The notes under the pieces: model-generated
What the model saw: the letters and a program-made list of their open reading frames with translations, nothing else
Databases searched by the model: none
Told to the model about the DNA's origin: nothing
Program-made: the position numbers and the translations under genes
Shown here: piece by piece, positions 54,001 through 63,640 of the stretch
Position numbering within the stretch: position 1 is the stretch's first letter
How the letters are laid out: each line of letters opens with the position of its first letter
Source: a virus
DNA: 64,000 nt
IMG/VR virus record: IMGVR_UViG_3300037086_000474
Coordinates: 1-64,000 of that record
Strand: one strand, 5' to 3'

Positions 54001-57000
54001 TTCTTCTACTACATCTGGAACGAGGTCTTGGGTTGCTCCATACTCTTATTCATTACCAGCCGCCACTACCTCTACTCTTGGAGGAGTGATTGTTGGATCC
54101 AACATTTCGGTTTCATCTGGAACGATCAGCATAACTGCAATTCCTTGGTCAATAGTTTCATCAACACCAACAACAATTTCTGGCTATGGTATTGTGATGA
54201 CTTCTTCTAATGTCACCACCGCACTCGGATATACTCCAATCAATGTCAATCAGATTGGTGTTGCCAATGGGCTTGCAACTCTTGATAGTTCAGGTCACCT
54301 TACCAATTCACAAATACCCCTTTCATTAGTTGGAGCTCTCGTTTATCAAGGTGTTTGGGATGCTTCAGCCAACTCTCCTCATCTAACTAGTGGTGTTGGA
54401 ACTAAAGGGTGGTATTATAAAGTAAGCGTGACTGGAACAACATCTATTGATGGAACATCGGCTTGGGGTGTTGGTGATCTTCTTATTTTCAATGGAACGA
54501 CTTGGGATAGTGTTGAAGAAGTTGCTGCTGAGGTCACATCATTCAACACAAGAACTGGTAATGTTGTATTAACTTCTTCTGATATTACGACGGCTCTTAC
54601 ATACACTCCATATAATGTCAGTAACCCAGCTGGATATTTGACATTGGCCACACTTCCCATTGCTTCATCTTCTACTTTTGGTATTGTAGAAATTGGAAGT
54701 GGCATTGATATCTCTGGCGGTGTAATTTCAGTCACTCCCTATTCTCTACCAACAGCATCCACCACAGTTCTTGGTGGAGTAAAGGTTGATGGTTCTACAA
54801 TCACAATTTCAAATGGGGTCATAACCGCTCCTTACACCTACACTCTTCCAATCGCTACTTCTACAATTCTAGGTGGAGTGAAGATCGGCGCCAATATCAA
54901 TATTTCAAGTGGCACCATAAGCATTGCTAATTATGAATTGGCTCTTGGAATTCCATCCACAAATGGATACTTGCTTTCTTCCACAACCTCTGGAACGAGA
55001 TCTTGGACTGTTCCATATTCTTTGCCAGTGGCAACATCCTCTGTTCTTGGTGGAGTGATCATTGGAAGCGGTATTAATCTAAACAGTGGAACAATTAGTG
55101 TCACACCATATTCGCTCCCAACTGCATCCACCACTGTTCTGGGTGGAGTAAAGATTGATGGATCTACCATCACAATCTCTAGTGGTGTAATTTCTGCTCC
55201 ATATATATACACTCTTCCACAGGCCACCACGTCAGTTCTTGGTGGAATTATCATCGGAAGTGGCATTAATGTTTCAAGTGGAACAATCAGCGTTACTCCA
55301 TATACTCTTCCAGTTGCCACTTCTTCAATTCTTGGAGGAGTAAAAATTGGAAGCAATATTGCTGTTGGTGGAGATGGAACTATCAGCATCGCCAACTATG
55401 AGTTAGTACTTGGAAATCCATCTACAAATGGATACATTCTTTCATCAACCGCTTCTGGAACAAGATCTTGGATTGCCCCATATTCTTTGCCAACTGCATC
55501 GACTACAGTATTGGGTGGTGTCAAAATTGATGGAACATCTGTAGTTATTTCTAGCGGAATCATCTCTGCTACTTACACATACACTCTTCCTGTGGCTACT
55601 TCTTCAACCCTTGGAGGAGTTGTTGTTGGATCAGGACTTAGCGTAAATGCTGGAACAATTTCAGTCAATTTCCCAACTCCATATTCTCTTTCAATTGCAA
55701 CCTCCTCAACATTGGGTGGAGTGAAGATTGGATCTAACATCAATATTGCTGGCGATGGAACTATTTCAATAACTCCATATAGTCTTCCAATTGCAACTTC
55801 TTCTGTTCTTGGAGGAGTAAAGATTGGAAACAATATCACTGTTGGTGGTGATGGAACTATATCTGTAGCAGCACCATATTCTCTACCAGCAGCAACAACG
55901 TCTGCACTTGGTGGAATTATTATAGGAAGCGGTCTTGGTGTGACTAGTGGAGGAACTCTATCAGTTAATTTTCCAGCATCTTATATTCTTCCAGTCGCTA
56001 CAGCTTCTGTTTTGGGTGGAGTAAAAATTGGAGCTAATGTTAGTGTGACTGGAGACGGAACCATTTCAGTAGCCACTCCATATTCACTACCAACCGCTTC
56101 AACCACCATATTAGGTGGTGTAAAAATTGATGGAACAACTGTTACAATTTCATCTGGAATTATTTCAGCTCCCTACACATATACTCTTCCACAGGCAACT
56201 ACTTCTACACTTGGTGGAGTGATAGTTGGGACAGGATTTTCTGTTTCCTTTGGAAACATTTCAGTGGTATATGCTGGAACTGGTTCAGCTAATTTTGCTG
56301 CTCATAGCGATCACAATCACACTGGAATTTATGAACCAGTGCTTGGAAATCCAGGAACGAATGGATATATTCTTTCTTCTACAACTAGTGGAACAAGATC
56401 TTGGATTGTACCATATTCACTTCCTGCTGCCACAACATCTACGCTTGGTGGAGTGATCGTTGGAACGAACATCTCCGTATCAGCTGGAACTATCAGTATC
56501 ACTGCAATTCCTTGGTCCATAATAACATCAACTCCAACCACAATTTCCGGTTATGGAATAGTTCTTACTTCATCAAACATTACCACTGCCCTTGGATATA
56601 CTCCAATCAACTCCAACTTAATCGGAGCCGTTAATGGACTTGCCACCCTTGACGTAACAGGCCACTTGACGACGGCACAAATACCAACTTCTCTTCTTGG
56701 TGGTTTGAATTATCAGGGAATTTGGAATGCTTCTACAAACTCCCCTGCTTTGGCCTCTGGTGTTGGAACTAAAGGGTGGTATTATAAAGTAAGCGTGGCT
56801 GGAACAACCTCCATTGATGGAATTTCTGCTTGGGAGCTTGGTGACTTAATCATATTTGACGGCACTACTTGGGATAGAGTTGAAGGTGGAGTGACAGATG
56901 TCACATCTGTTTTTGGCAGAACTGGTGCAGTCACTTTAATATCTTCAGATGTCACTACCGCTCTTGGGTATACTCCTTACAATGTCACCAACCCTGCTGG

Positions 57001-58726
57001 TTACATCACTGCCTCAACAGTTCCAATTGCAACAGCGTCAGTGCTTGGTGGAGTAAAGATTGGAGCCAATGTAAGTGTTGCAGGAGATGGGACAATCTCT
57101 GTTGCAACACCATATTCTTTGCCAACTGCTTCAACAACCGTATTGGGTGGTGTAAAAGTTGATGGAGCAACCATTACAATTTCATCTGGAGTGATTAGTG
57201 CTCCATATACATATACACTTCCTACCGCCACAACATCTACACTTGGTGGAGTGATTGTGGGCAGTGGCATCAATTTAGCGTCAGGAACTATATCAGTCAC
57301 TCCATATTCTTTGCCAACTGCTTCAACAACCGTATTGGGTGGTGTAAAAGTTGATGGAGCAACCATTACAATTTCATCTGGAGTGATAAGTGCTGCTACT
57401 TATGTTGATGCTCTCGCTACCACTTCTACTGCTGGTGATGTAATAATTGGTACGGGACTTTCTGTTTCTTCAGGAACTATTTCAGTAATTTATGCCGGAA
57501 CTGGATCAGCCAATTCCGCTGCTCATAGTGACCATACTCATATCAATTCTTCTTCAATTGGTGGTCCATATGAACTTACACTCGGAAATCCTGGAAGCAA
57601 TGGTTATGTTCTTTCTTCTACTACTTCTGGAACTAGATCTTGGGTTGCTCAAAGTTCTTACACACTTCCACAGGCCACAGCATCAGTTCTTGGTGGAGTA
57701 ATTGTAGGATCCAACATTAGTGTTGCTAATGGTGTAATTAGCATTGCCAACTATGAACCAGCACTTGGAAATCCGGCAGGAAATGGTTATGTTCTTTCTT
57801 CTACGACCGGTGGAGTGAGATCTTGGGTGAGCGTTGCCACCACATTACAAGGTGCCTATAATGGTGGCCAAACGGTCAATGTAAGCGGAAGTAACGTGGT
57901 ATGGCAATTACCAGTCAGTAAGGGATTTGTTATTCAAGATAGCACCGGTGCCAATACCATGTTCTCAATTTATGGTAATAATACTTCTGGTTCTTTTGGG
58001 CTTGCAGGAAATCAATACAGCTCAATTCAGGTTAGTGATGTCCAGCTAGACATCTATTCAAATGGAACAGGAAGCTCCATCACAATTCGTTCTGCAGGGA
58101 CATTGACATTTGATGATAAGTTTACATCGAGTGCCATTTCACTAAGTGAAACTGGTGTAACTGGTTTGGCAGCTTCATTCTCTGGTCACGCAACCTCCAT
58201 TATTGGCGCTATCAATTATATGCAGACGGAGGTCATGAGTGGTGGTGTTCAAAATGGTGTTCTCCAACTCACTAATCAGAGTTCCGCTCCAACTGGTGCC
58301 GCTGGCCAGATAGCAATGATTAATAGCGATCTTTATTTTTATGACGCTACAAGAGGAAAGTGGCTTACTCCATCTAAGACAGCTCAGTGTGCTAAGAATG
58401 GAAACTCAAAGGGTTATTATCTCAGATGGCCTGATGGTGCTCCTGGATCTGGAACATCTGGTCTTACTTTCCACAGAATTGGTACAATTGTTGGAGCCGC
58501 CATCAACACTACTACAACCGGAACTCCTGCAGTTGGAATGCACGCGTTCATAACACTCAATGGTTCTAATGTGGCTACCCTCACATTTGACAGCACGGGA
58601 GATGCCCTAAATACAACGTTCAATGTAGATTTCAATCTTCACGATGTTCTAGGAGTGAAAATGGACAATGGCACAACTGATTTACAGAACCCAATTGCCA
58701 GCATAGAGTATAGTTTTCGTCCGTAA
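51059..58726 (+). CDS. very long fibre protein with YxLPxATxSxLGGV repeats (head/tail-fibre type)
   Basis: dozens of YSLPxATxxxLGGVxIGxxIxVxxGTIS units, 3 GxATLDxxG...YQGxW...GWYYKVS modules, C-term YDATRGKWL. Confidence 0.8.
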   Translation: MAENYRIVEINGLAIDPITQKMPVEITAEPHALFGVEHYGLLDDSQIPSGIMRDLEHQLDPHTMIIDGRDVSVDGTKLDTIETGAEVNNLTDQQAQSLTSGIDCNWHTHDNRYFTKAQLSTSGMSMVDWGNITDAPTAFNPTIATTSTLGGVIIGSGVNVSSNGTISVTPYTLPKATQTTLGGVIIGHDINIDVNGVISIDNYEPYMMEPVISGYLLSSSAAGLRHWVPPYSLPPATTSTLGGVVVGTNIGVDANGTISVTNIPWSIISSTPTSIAGYGIVLTFSNITTALGYTPINVNQIGVANGLATLDGSGHLTNSQIPLSLIGALVYQGVWDANTNTPHLVSGVGTKGWYYKVSVAGSTNIDGTTSWDIGDLIIFDGTTWDAVEEVAPAVDSFNGRTGNVVLSSSDVTTALTYTPYNVTNPAGYLTLSTLPIGSTTVQGILEVGGELGVSNGVVSYTLPQATTSTLGGVIVGTGLSVSAGNISIVYAGTGSINSASHSDHTHSNGSNIGGPYELADGNPSADGYLFSSTILGSRSWVAPYSLPAATSFALGGVKIGSNIDVESDGTISVTFPAAYSLPIASSSVLGGIKIGANVSVAGDGTISVAIPYVLPPATTSVLGGVIVGSNISVDVNGVISITGYELALGNPSTNGYLLSSTTSGTRSWVAPYSLPAATSSVLGGVIIGSGINNSSGTISVTPYSLPAATSSVLGGVIIGSGINNSSGTISVTPYSLPAATTSVLGGIIVGTNISVSSGTISVATATTAVLGVVKVGTNITVSSGTISVATATTAVLGVVKVGTNISVASGVISVATATSSVLGLVKPDGTIITISSGAITVATSTTAALGVVKPDGTTITIAAGVISATQYSLPTASTTVLGGVKIDGSTITISGGVISAPYTYTLPSATTVTLGGVIIGSGITLSNDGTISVTPYTLSQATSSILGGVIIGSGINVSNGTISIDNYELALGDPTADGYLLSSTTSGTRSWVAPYSYSLPAATTSTLGGVIVGSNISVSSGTISITAIPWSIVSSTPTTISGYGIVMTSSNVTTALGYTPINVNQIGVANGLATLDSSGHLTNSQIPLSLVGALVYQGVWDASANSPHLTSGVGTKGWYYKVSVTGTTSIDGTSAWGVGDLLIFNGTTWDSVEEVAAEVTSFNTRTGNVVLTSSDITTALTYTPYNVSNPAGYLTLATLPIASSSTFGIVEIGSGIDISGGVISVTPYSLPTASTTVLGGVKVDGSTITISNGVITAPYTYTLPIATSTILGGVKIGANINISSGTISIANYELALGIPSTNGYLLSSTTSGTRSWTVPYSLPVATSSVLGGVIIGSGINLNSGTISVTPYSLPTASTTVLGGVKIDGSTITISSGVISAPYIYTLPQATTSVLGGIIIGSGINVSSGTISVTPYTLPVATSSILGGVKIGSNIAVGGDGTISIANYELVLGNPSTNGYILSSTASGTRSWIAPYSLPTASTTVLGGVKIDGTSVVISSGIISATYTYTLPVATSSTLGGVVVGSGLSVNAGTISVNFPTPYSLSIATSSTLGGVKIGSNINIAGDGTISITPYSLPIATSSVLGGVKIGNNITVGGDGTISVAAPYSLPAATTSALGGIIIGSGLGVTSGGTLSVNFPASYILPVATASVLGGVKIGANVSVTGDGTISVATPYSLPTASTTILGGVKIDGTTVTISSGIISAPYTYTLPQATTSTLGGVIVGTGFSVSFGNISVVYAGTGSANFAAHSDHNHTGIYEPVLGNPGTNGYILSSTTSGTRSWIVPYSLPAATTSTLGGVIVGTNISVSAGTISITAIPWSIITSTPTTISGYGIVLTSSNITTALGYTPINSNLIGAVNGLATLDVTGHLTTAQIPTSLLGGLNYQGIWNASTNSPALASGVGTKGWYYKVSVAGTTSIDGISAWELGDLIIFDGTTWDRVEGGVTDVTSVFGRTGAVTLISSDVTTALGYTPYNVTNPAGYITASTVPIATASVLGGVKIGANVSVAGDGTISVATPYSLPTASTTVLGGVKVDGATITISSGVISAPYTYTLPTATTSTLGGVIVGSGINLASGTISVTPYSLPTASTTVLGGVKVDGATITISSGVISAATYVDALATTSTAGDVIIGTGLSVSSGTISVIYAGTGSANSAAHSDHTHINSSSIGGPYELTLGNPGSNGYVLSSTTSGTRSWVAQSSYTLPQATASVLGGVIVGSNISVANGVISIANYEPALGNPAGNGYVLSSTTGGVRSWVSVATTLQGAYNGGQTVNVSGSNVVWQLPVSKGFVIQDSTGANTMFSIYGNNTSGSFGLAGNQYSSIQVSDVQLDIYSNGTGSSITIRSAGTLTFDDKFTSSAISLSETGVTGLAASFSGHATSIIGAINYMQTEVMSGGVQNGVLQLTNQSSAPTGAAGQIAMINSDLYFYDATRGKWLTPSKTAQCAKNGNSKGYYLRWPDGAPGSGTSGLTFHRIGTIVGAAINTTTTGTPAVGMHAFITLNGSNVATLTFDSTGDALNTTFNVDFNLHDVLGVKMDNGTTDLQNPIASIEYSFRP
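53069..53278 (+). repeat. near-exact 93-nt in-frame tandem repeat (2 full copies + partial)
   Basis: CCATATTCTCTTCCTGCCGCTACT at 53069, 53162 and 53255. Confidence 0.85.
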
Positions 58727-58742
58727 TTTTTAGGGAGTAAAT

Positions 58743-60854
58743 ATGCTTACGACTTTTCAGATCAAAAATACGAGTGGCTCATCAATCTTTATAAGCGAAC
58801 TTAGTCTCACCATTCCTGCAAGTAGTTATGCAACCGTAACTAACGAGGATGTTTGGGAAGCGAACGCCTCTGGTGATTTGAGAGGTTTCATCAATGCTGG
58901 TACCACAATCATCAACAATGGTTCAGATCTAAATCAAGCCGACAGCCTTTCCTTCCTTGATGACACTCTTTATCTCAAAACCATTTTTTCTGTTTTAGGT
59001 CACACCCACCCTGGAACGTATGAACCAGTACTTGGAAATCCAGCAAGCAGTGGCTATGTTCTTTCTTCAACTACTGCCGGAGTAAGATCTTGGGTGTCAA
59101 ATATGAGTTACACCCTTCCAGCAGCTACGACTTCTACTCTTGGTGGAGTGATCATTGGAACTAATATTTCAGTTTCTGCCGGAACGATTTCGATCGCTTC
59201 TATTCCTTGGTCAATTGTTGCCTCTACTCCAACCACAATCTCTGGTTATGGAATAGTTCTTACTTCTTCCAACATTACTACTGCTCTTGGGTATACTCCA
59301 ATCAACTCCAACCTCGTTGGAGCAGCTAGTGGTCTTGCTACTTTAGATGGAACAGGAAAACTCACGACTGCACAAATACCCGCGTCTCTTGTTGGAGCCC
59401 TAGTTTATCAAGGAACCTGGAATGCTTCTACAAATACTCCCACCTTAACTTCTGGAGTTGGAACAAAGGGGTGGTATTACAAGGTTTCTGTTGCAGGAAC
59501 TACTAGTCTTGATGGTTTTGCCAATTGGGGAGTAGGAGATCTTGTTATTTTTGATGGAACAACTTGGGATGGTGTAGAAGACACAGAAAATGTAGTTACG
59601 TCATTCAACACAAGATATGGTGCCGTCACGCTCACATCTTCAGATGTAACAACGGCCCTAACCTACACTCCCTACAATTCAACAAATCCAGCGGGGTATA
59701 TAACGGCAGCCACCTTACCAACAGCATCAACCACTGTTCTTGGTGGAGTAAAGATTGATGGTACTACAATAATAATTTCTAGTGGAGTGATTAGTCACCC
59801 ACTTGCTGGAACCGGAACTACCAACTCTTCTGCACATAGTGACCACACTCATACAAATGCAAGTGGAATTGGTGGCCCATATGAATTAGCTCTTGGAAAC
59901 CCAGGAACAAGTGGATATATTTTGTCTTCGACAACTACTGGAATTAGATCTTGGGTTGCCTCCGCCTATACGCTTCCAGCAGCTACAATTTCTACTCTCG
60001 GTGGAATTATTGTAGGAACAGGTCTGGGAGTATCCACTGGAACAATTAGCGTTTCATATGCTGGAACTGGAACTGCTACCTCGGCAGCCCACTCCGACCA
60101 TACACACTCTGGAACATATGAACCCGTACTCGGAAATCCTGGAACGAATGGATATGTTGTTTCTTCGACAACTGCTGGTGTTAGATCTTGGATCGCTCCA
60201 AGTTCCTATACTCTTCCGACGGCCTCTACTACAGTGCTTGGAGGAGTGAAGGTTGATGGAACTTCAATCACAATTACTAATGGCGTTATTTCAACGAAAA
60301 ACTTTTCGCTCAACGACATATACAATAATGGAACCACAATCACCACTGGAGCAGGTGCTTTTAATTTAGACTCGGCCAACGGATATGCCCCTCTACAAAT
60401 TGGTCCTGAGACGTCTGCACCAACTGCTGGACTTGCAGCGGGACAAATTTGTACTTATGATAACACACTTTTTATGTATGATGCAGTTAGAGGCCATTGG
60501 CTTTCTGTTGATAGCGTGGCCTTTTCGGCAGCTATAGTTGGTTCGAGTGTTAAGAACTCTTATATGCTCGTTCACGGAGACAGTTGTTCAGCAACAGTAG
60601 GGTATGTAATGCCATTTAATGGAACAATTGTTATGATGGGAGCAGTTTCATCTTCAGCAACTAGCAATAGTTTTGCGATCTATAGGAGTGGGGCATCTTT
60701 GGTGAGTTTGGCGTGGAGTGGAGTTGCCTCGGTCTATTCAAACACGACTAATGCAGATTTTTCTGCTGGTGACATACTCTCACCCTATATTAGTGGCACA
60801 TCCAACTATTGTACAAATCCAGTCTGTTGGTTCAGCGTCAGAAGGAGAATATAA
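58743..60854 (+). CDS. fibre protein: shared N module + same repeats as 51059 + shared C module
   Basis: FQIKNTSGSSIFISEL; LPAATTSTLGGV; YDAVRGHWLS...DFSAGDIL. Confidence 0.75.
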   Translation: MLTTFQIKNTSGSSIFISELSLTIPASSYATVTNEDVWEANASGDLRGFINAGTTIINNGSDLNQADSLSFLDDTLYLKTIFSVLGHTHPGTYEPVLGNPASSGYVLSSTTAGVRSWVSNMSYTLPAATTSTLGGVIIGTNISVSAGTISIASIPWSIVASTPTTISGYGIVLTSSNITTALGYTPINSNLVGAASGLATLDGTGKLTTAQIPASLVGALVYQGTWNASTNTPTLTSGVGTKGWYYKVSVAGTTSLDGFANWGVGDLVIFDGTTWDGVEDTENVVTSFNTRYGAVTLTSSDVTTALTYTPYNSTNPAGYITAATLPTASTTVLGGVKIDGTTIIISSGVISHPLAGTGTTNSSAHSDHTHTNASGIGGPYELALGNPGTSGYILSSTTTGIRSWVASAYTLPAATISTLGGIIVGTGLGVSTGTISVSYAGTGTATSAAHSDHTHSGTYEPVLGNPGTNGYVVSSTTAGVRSWIAPSSYTLPTASTTVLGGVKVDGTSITITNGVISTKNFSLNDIYNNGTTITTGAGAFNLDSANGYAPLQIGPETSAPTAGLAAGQICTYDNTLFMYDAVRGHWLSVDSVAFSAAIVGSSVKNSYMLVHGDSCSATVGYVMPFNGTIVMMGAVSSSATSNSFAIYRSGASLVSLAWSGVASVYSNTTNADFSAGDILSPYISGTSNYCTNPVCWFSVRRRI

Positions 60855-60856
60855 AA

Positions 60857-61714
60857 ATGGCTCAACGAATTATCAAAAACTATACTAATCAAGATTTAAT
60901 TTTAATCGATTTAGGAGACGTTGTCATTCCCGCTAATGGAGCCACAGATATCGGTGGTGAAGAAAATAAACTCATTCAGCTCGCCTCTTCAAACGATTTG
61001 ATTGCTGCGATTGGTCAAGGTATCAATAAATATCAAGTAAACGATGGAATGAAAGACATGTCTTTTTCTGAGGGTATTGATTGTATTAGAAAGATACAAG
61101 TTCCCACACTGAGAGACCCTCAAGGAAGATGGCGAGTTAGAGCAGACTCAATTCCTACAAACTATGACGTTCAATTTACTGGTTCTGGCGATAATTTAAC
61201 AACTCGAGAAATTTGTGGAGGAGAGCCACTATACTGGAATTTTCACGGGGATGAACATGAGGTCACCGAAGGCGTACCAAGTGGATATCGAAGAAAAAGA
61301 ATAGATTTTCAATTTATAGATGGTGTATATGTCAAAGACGGAATTATCAAATACGTCGGCGCACCCCCCTCGTCATACATAGATATGATGTTGGTTTGTC
61401 CCACGGGCTATTATTACGATAAAAAATGGGTTGATGACGGTGGCAACATATCTTGGACTTATCATGAGGCAACCGAAGATACTGTTTTCGCTTGTTGGGT
61501 GAATAAGTTTTGGATATACGGCGACGACGATTGTACTTTGGGAACAGAAACTGCTTCTGATATACTTGCTCCAGAGTATTTGATCTGGAGAATAGAAATC
61601 ACGGCGCCCGCGGATATGCCTGATACTGTTCCATTTCACGACATCACAGGATTGCACGGTACATGTATTTTTCAACTTTATCGAGCGAGAACAATCGCTT
61701 GGCCCGCGGAGTAG
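60857..61714 (+). CDS. virion protein with shared N-terminal module
   Basis: IIKNYTNQDLILIDLGDVVIP...LASSNDL; SD AAGGAG. Confidence 0.6.
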   Translation: MAQRIIKNYTNQDLILIDLGDVVIPANGATDIGGEENKLIQLASSNDLIAAIGQGINKYQVNDGMKDMSFSEGIDCIRKIQVPTLRDPQGRWRVRADSIPTNYDVQFTGSGDNLTTREICGGEPLYWNFHGDEHEVTEGVPSGYRRKRIDFQFIDGVYVKDGIIKYVGAPPSSYIDMMLVCPTGYYYDKKWVDDGGNISWTYHEATEDTVFACWVNKFWIYGDDDCTLGTETASDILAPEYLIWRIEITAPADMPDTVPFHDITGLHGTCIFQLYRARTIAWPAE

Positions 61715-61741
61715 GTTTTATCAAACTATAGGAGTAAAAAA

Positions 61742-61927
61742 ATGATTGAAGGATTTTATTTTTTTGATTGGAAAGACTTAACCGAAGAACAGACAGCAGA
61801 CATCATTGAATTTATGACTTCTGGAGGAAAACAAAGGCTTCAGTCTGATAGAAAGTTTATCAATATGCAGAAGATGAGTAACTTCTTGAGAAGAAATCCT
61901 GATCTATCACAATACTTTGTAGGATGA
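61742..61927 (+). CDS. small hypothetical protein
   Basis: SD AGGAG. Confidence 0.55.
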   Translation: MIEGFYFFDWKDLTEEQTADIIEFMTSGGKQRLQSDRKFINMQKMSNFLRRNPDLSQYFVG

Positions 61928-61958
61928 CAAGTAAAGATAATCTAGTAAGGAGTTCAAT

Positions 61959-62396
61959 ATGCCAGATACACCAGTTGTTCCAATCACACCACCAACGTCA
62001 CCAGTATTGCCTGGACCAACAGTTCAAGATATACAAAAACAAATTGAAGAGCTCAGAAACTCACTTCTGTCTCAAGATCAGGGAGATCAGGGAGTAGAAG
62101 TTGGAGCAGCGCCCACAGTGGGAGGAATACCGGTAAAGACCGATAGTACTTCTAAGTGGATGATCAATATTTCATTTGTTGTTTTTGGACTCTGTGGAGT
62201 AGTTGGATCAGTGTGGCAGGGATTTGATATGACTAAATATACTCAGTTCTTGCAGACATTTGCCTATATTTGGGCGCCACTTGTTGTTGCAGTCGGTGGA
62301 GGTCGTGCTTTCAAGAATTGGGTCAGCAAGAAATATGTGCCACCCGAGACACCATTAAATCCATCTGTTCCTGCATCAGTTGCGGGCGGAAAATAG
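61959..62396 (+). CDS. membrane protein with two hydrophobic segments (holin-like)
   Basis: WMINISFVVFGLCGVVGSVW and FAYIWAPLVVAVGGG; AAGATAA upstream. Confidence 0.45.
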   Translation: MPDTPVVPITPPTSPVLPGPTVQDIQKQIEELRNSLLSQDQGDQGVEVGAAPTVGGIPVKTDSTSKWMINISFVVFGLCGVVGSVWQGFDMTKYTQFLQTFAYIWAPLVVAVGGGRAFKNWVSKKYVPPETPLNPSVPASVAGGK

Positions 62397-62405
62397 GGAA
62401 TTTAT

Positions 62406-62702
62406 ATGAAATGGATCCTTACGTTGGAGGAAAATGGCTATGAGATCCGTTATTGGGATCAAATTACTGAGCAAATCGGTGAATCAATAGCCACTAATTG
62501 GAACAAAAAAAGGCTTTATGAGACTCTGTTAGAAAGCGGCTTCAACATCAAGAAAGAAGATCTGAAGGAGGCCTTCAGCATACTTGATAGTGGTGAGAGG
62601 CCTTTTGTTGTATTAACTTCTTTGTCGAAGGGTCCCATCGACCTGGACACCTTTATTCACGACCAATTTGTCATCGACAAAGAAACTCAAGATGGAAAAT
62701 AA
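62406..62702 (+). CDS. hypothetical protein
   Basis: 98 aa ORF, operonic. Confidence 0.55.
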   Translation: MKWILTLEENGYEIRYWDQITEQIGESIATNWNKKRLYETLLESGFNIKKEDLKEAFSILDSGERPFVVLTSLSKGPIDLDTFIHDQFVIDKETQDGK

Positions 62703-62928
62703 TGAAAAAATACTCGCGACCCATTATTTAGAGCAAGTTGCTATAGGGTTGGAAGATTTTGGTAGATTCAAAGAATTATTTAATGCTGAACACATATATT
62801 CGTTCTATGTCAAAGACAAAAGAGTCGATGGCACGAAAGTAATACTTAGTGTTCGAGCGATGAGGATCAATGAATTTGCTGATCTTCTTCGCGCAAATAA
62901 AATCGAGTACGAAGTATTAGATCAATAG
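62692..62928 (+). CDS. hypothetical protein
   Basis: operonic ORF. Confidence 0.5.
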   Translation: MENNEKILATHYLEQVAIGLEDFGRFKELFNAEHIYSFYVKDKRVDGTKVILSVRAMRINEFADLLRANKIEYEVLDQ

Positions 62929-62937
62929 GAGATCATA

Positions 62938-63633
62938 ATGAAAAGGTCATCGAAAAAGTTGGAACTCTATAAGGAAGAGAAGCAAGAAGTTCTCAATAGA
63001 ATTCTGAAACTTTATAAAGATTGGGCTTCTTCCAAGGGACAAAAGGCCATTCAAGAAATGAAAATGACTCTCAATGAGGCAATTACTAGCCCAATTAATT
63101 TCTTGAAGATAGTTGAGAAGATGGGATCAGATGGAAAAACGATGCTAGATATCTATGGTAAAGAATGGACACGATTTGGAAAAAGTCCCCTAGAGGCCAA
63201 AAAGAACATAATTAAGACATTAGTCAAAGAAAATAAGATGAGAGCCCTAAAAGAAGACAAAAACGATGGATCTGTCGTTGGTGAGTTTGGATTGGCCTAT
63301 TACCCCATTACTGATAGATCAAATGCAATGGAATCTGCAGTAGATTTGAATGACCGTGATATTGTTATCCAAATTAGACATGCTATCACTGGTGGCAATA
63401 TGGAAATTGCCAAGCAATTGATTTTGAGTTCTTGGGGCAGTCTGACTCTTAATGACCGCAATAGTTTAATTGAGTGGATTAATGGAATGCAACAGTACAA
63501 TGCGTTTGAAAATGCTCCAGAAAAGGGCAGAAAGTTGCTAATTAAGCCATTAAAGACTAAAAATGAAATGCCAAAAGATGAATTCGCTGAAAGATTTGTT
63601 AAAACAGCAATTGAAAACATGAAAATTAGTTAG
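62938..63633 (+). CDS. charged hypothetical protein
   Basis: SD AGGAG; 231 aa. Confidence 0.6.
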   Translation: MKRSSKKLELYKEEKQEVLNRILKLYKDWASSKGQKAIQEMKMTLNEAITSPINFLKIVEKMGSDGKTMLDIYGKEWTRFGKSPLEAKKNIIKTLVKENKMRALKEDKNDGSVVGEFGLAYYPITDRSNAMESAVDLNDRDIVIQIRHAITGGNMEIAKQLILSSWGSLTLNDRNSLIEWINGMQQYNAFENAPEKGRKLLIKPLKTKNEMPKDEFAERFVKTAIENMKIS

Positions 63634-63640
63634 ACCTTGC

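Noticed and set aside
36179-57366. Long minus-strand ORFs (36179..36982, 42578..43480, 43575..44444, 53023..53733 and others)
   Set aside because: Antisense shadows of repetitive or GC3-rich + strand genes, with no independent motifs
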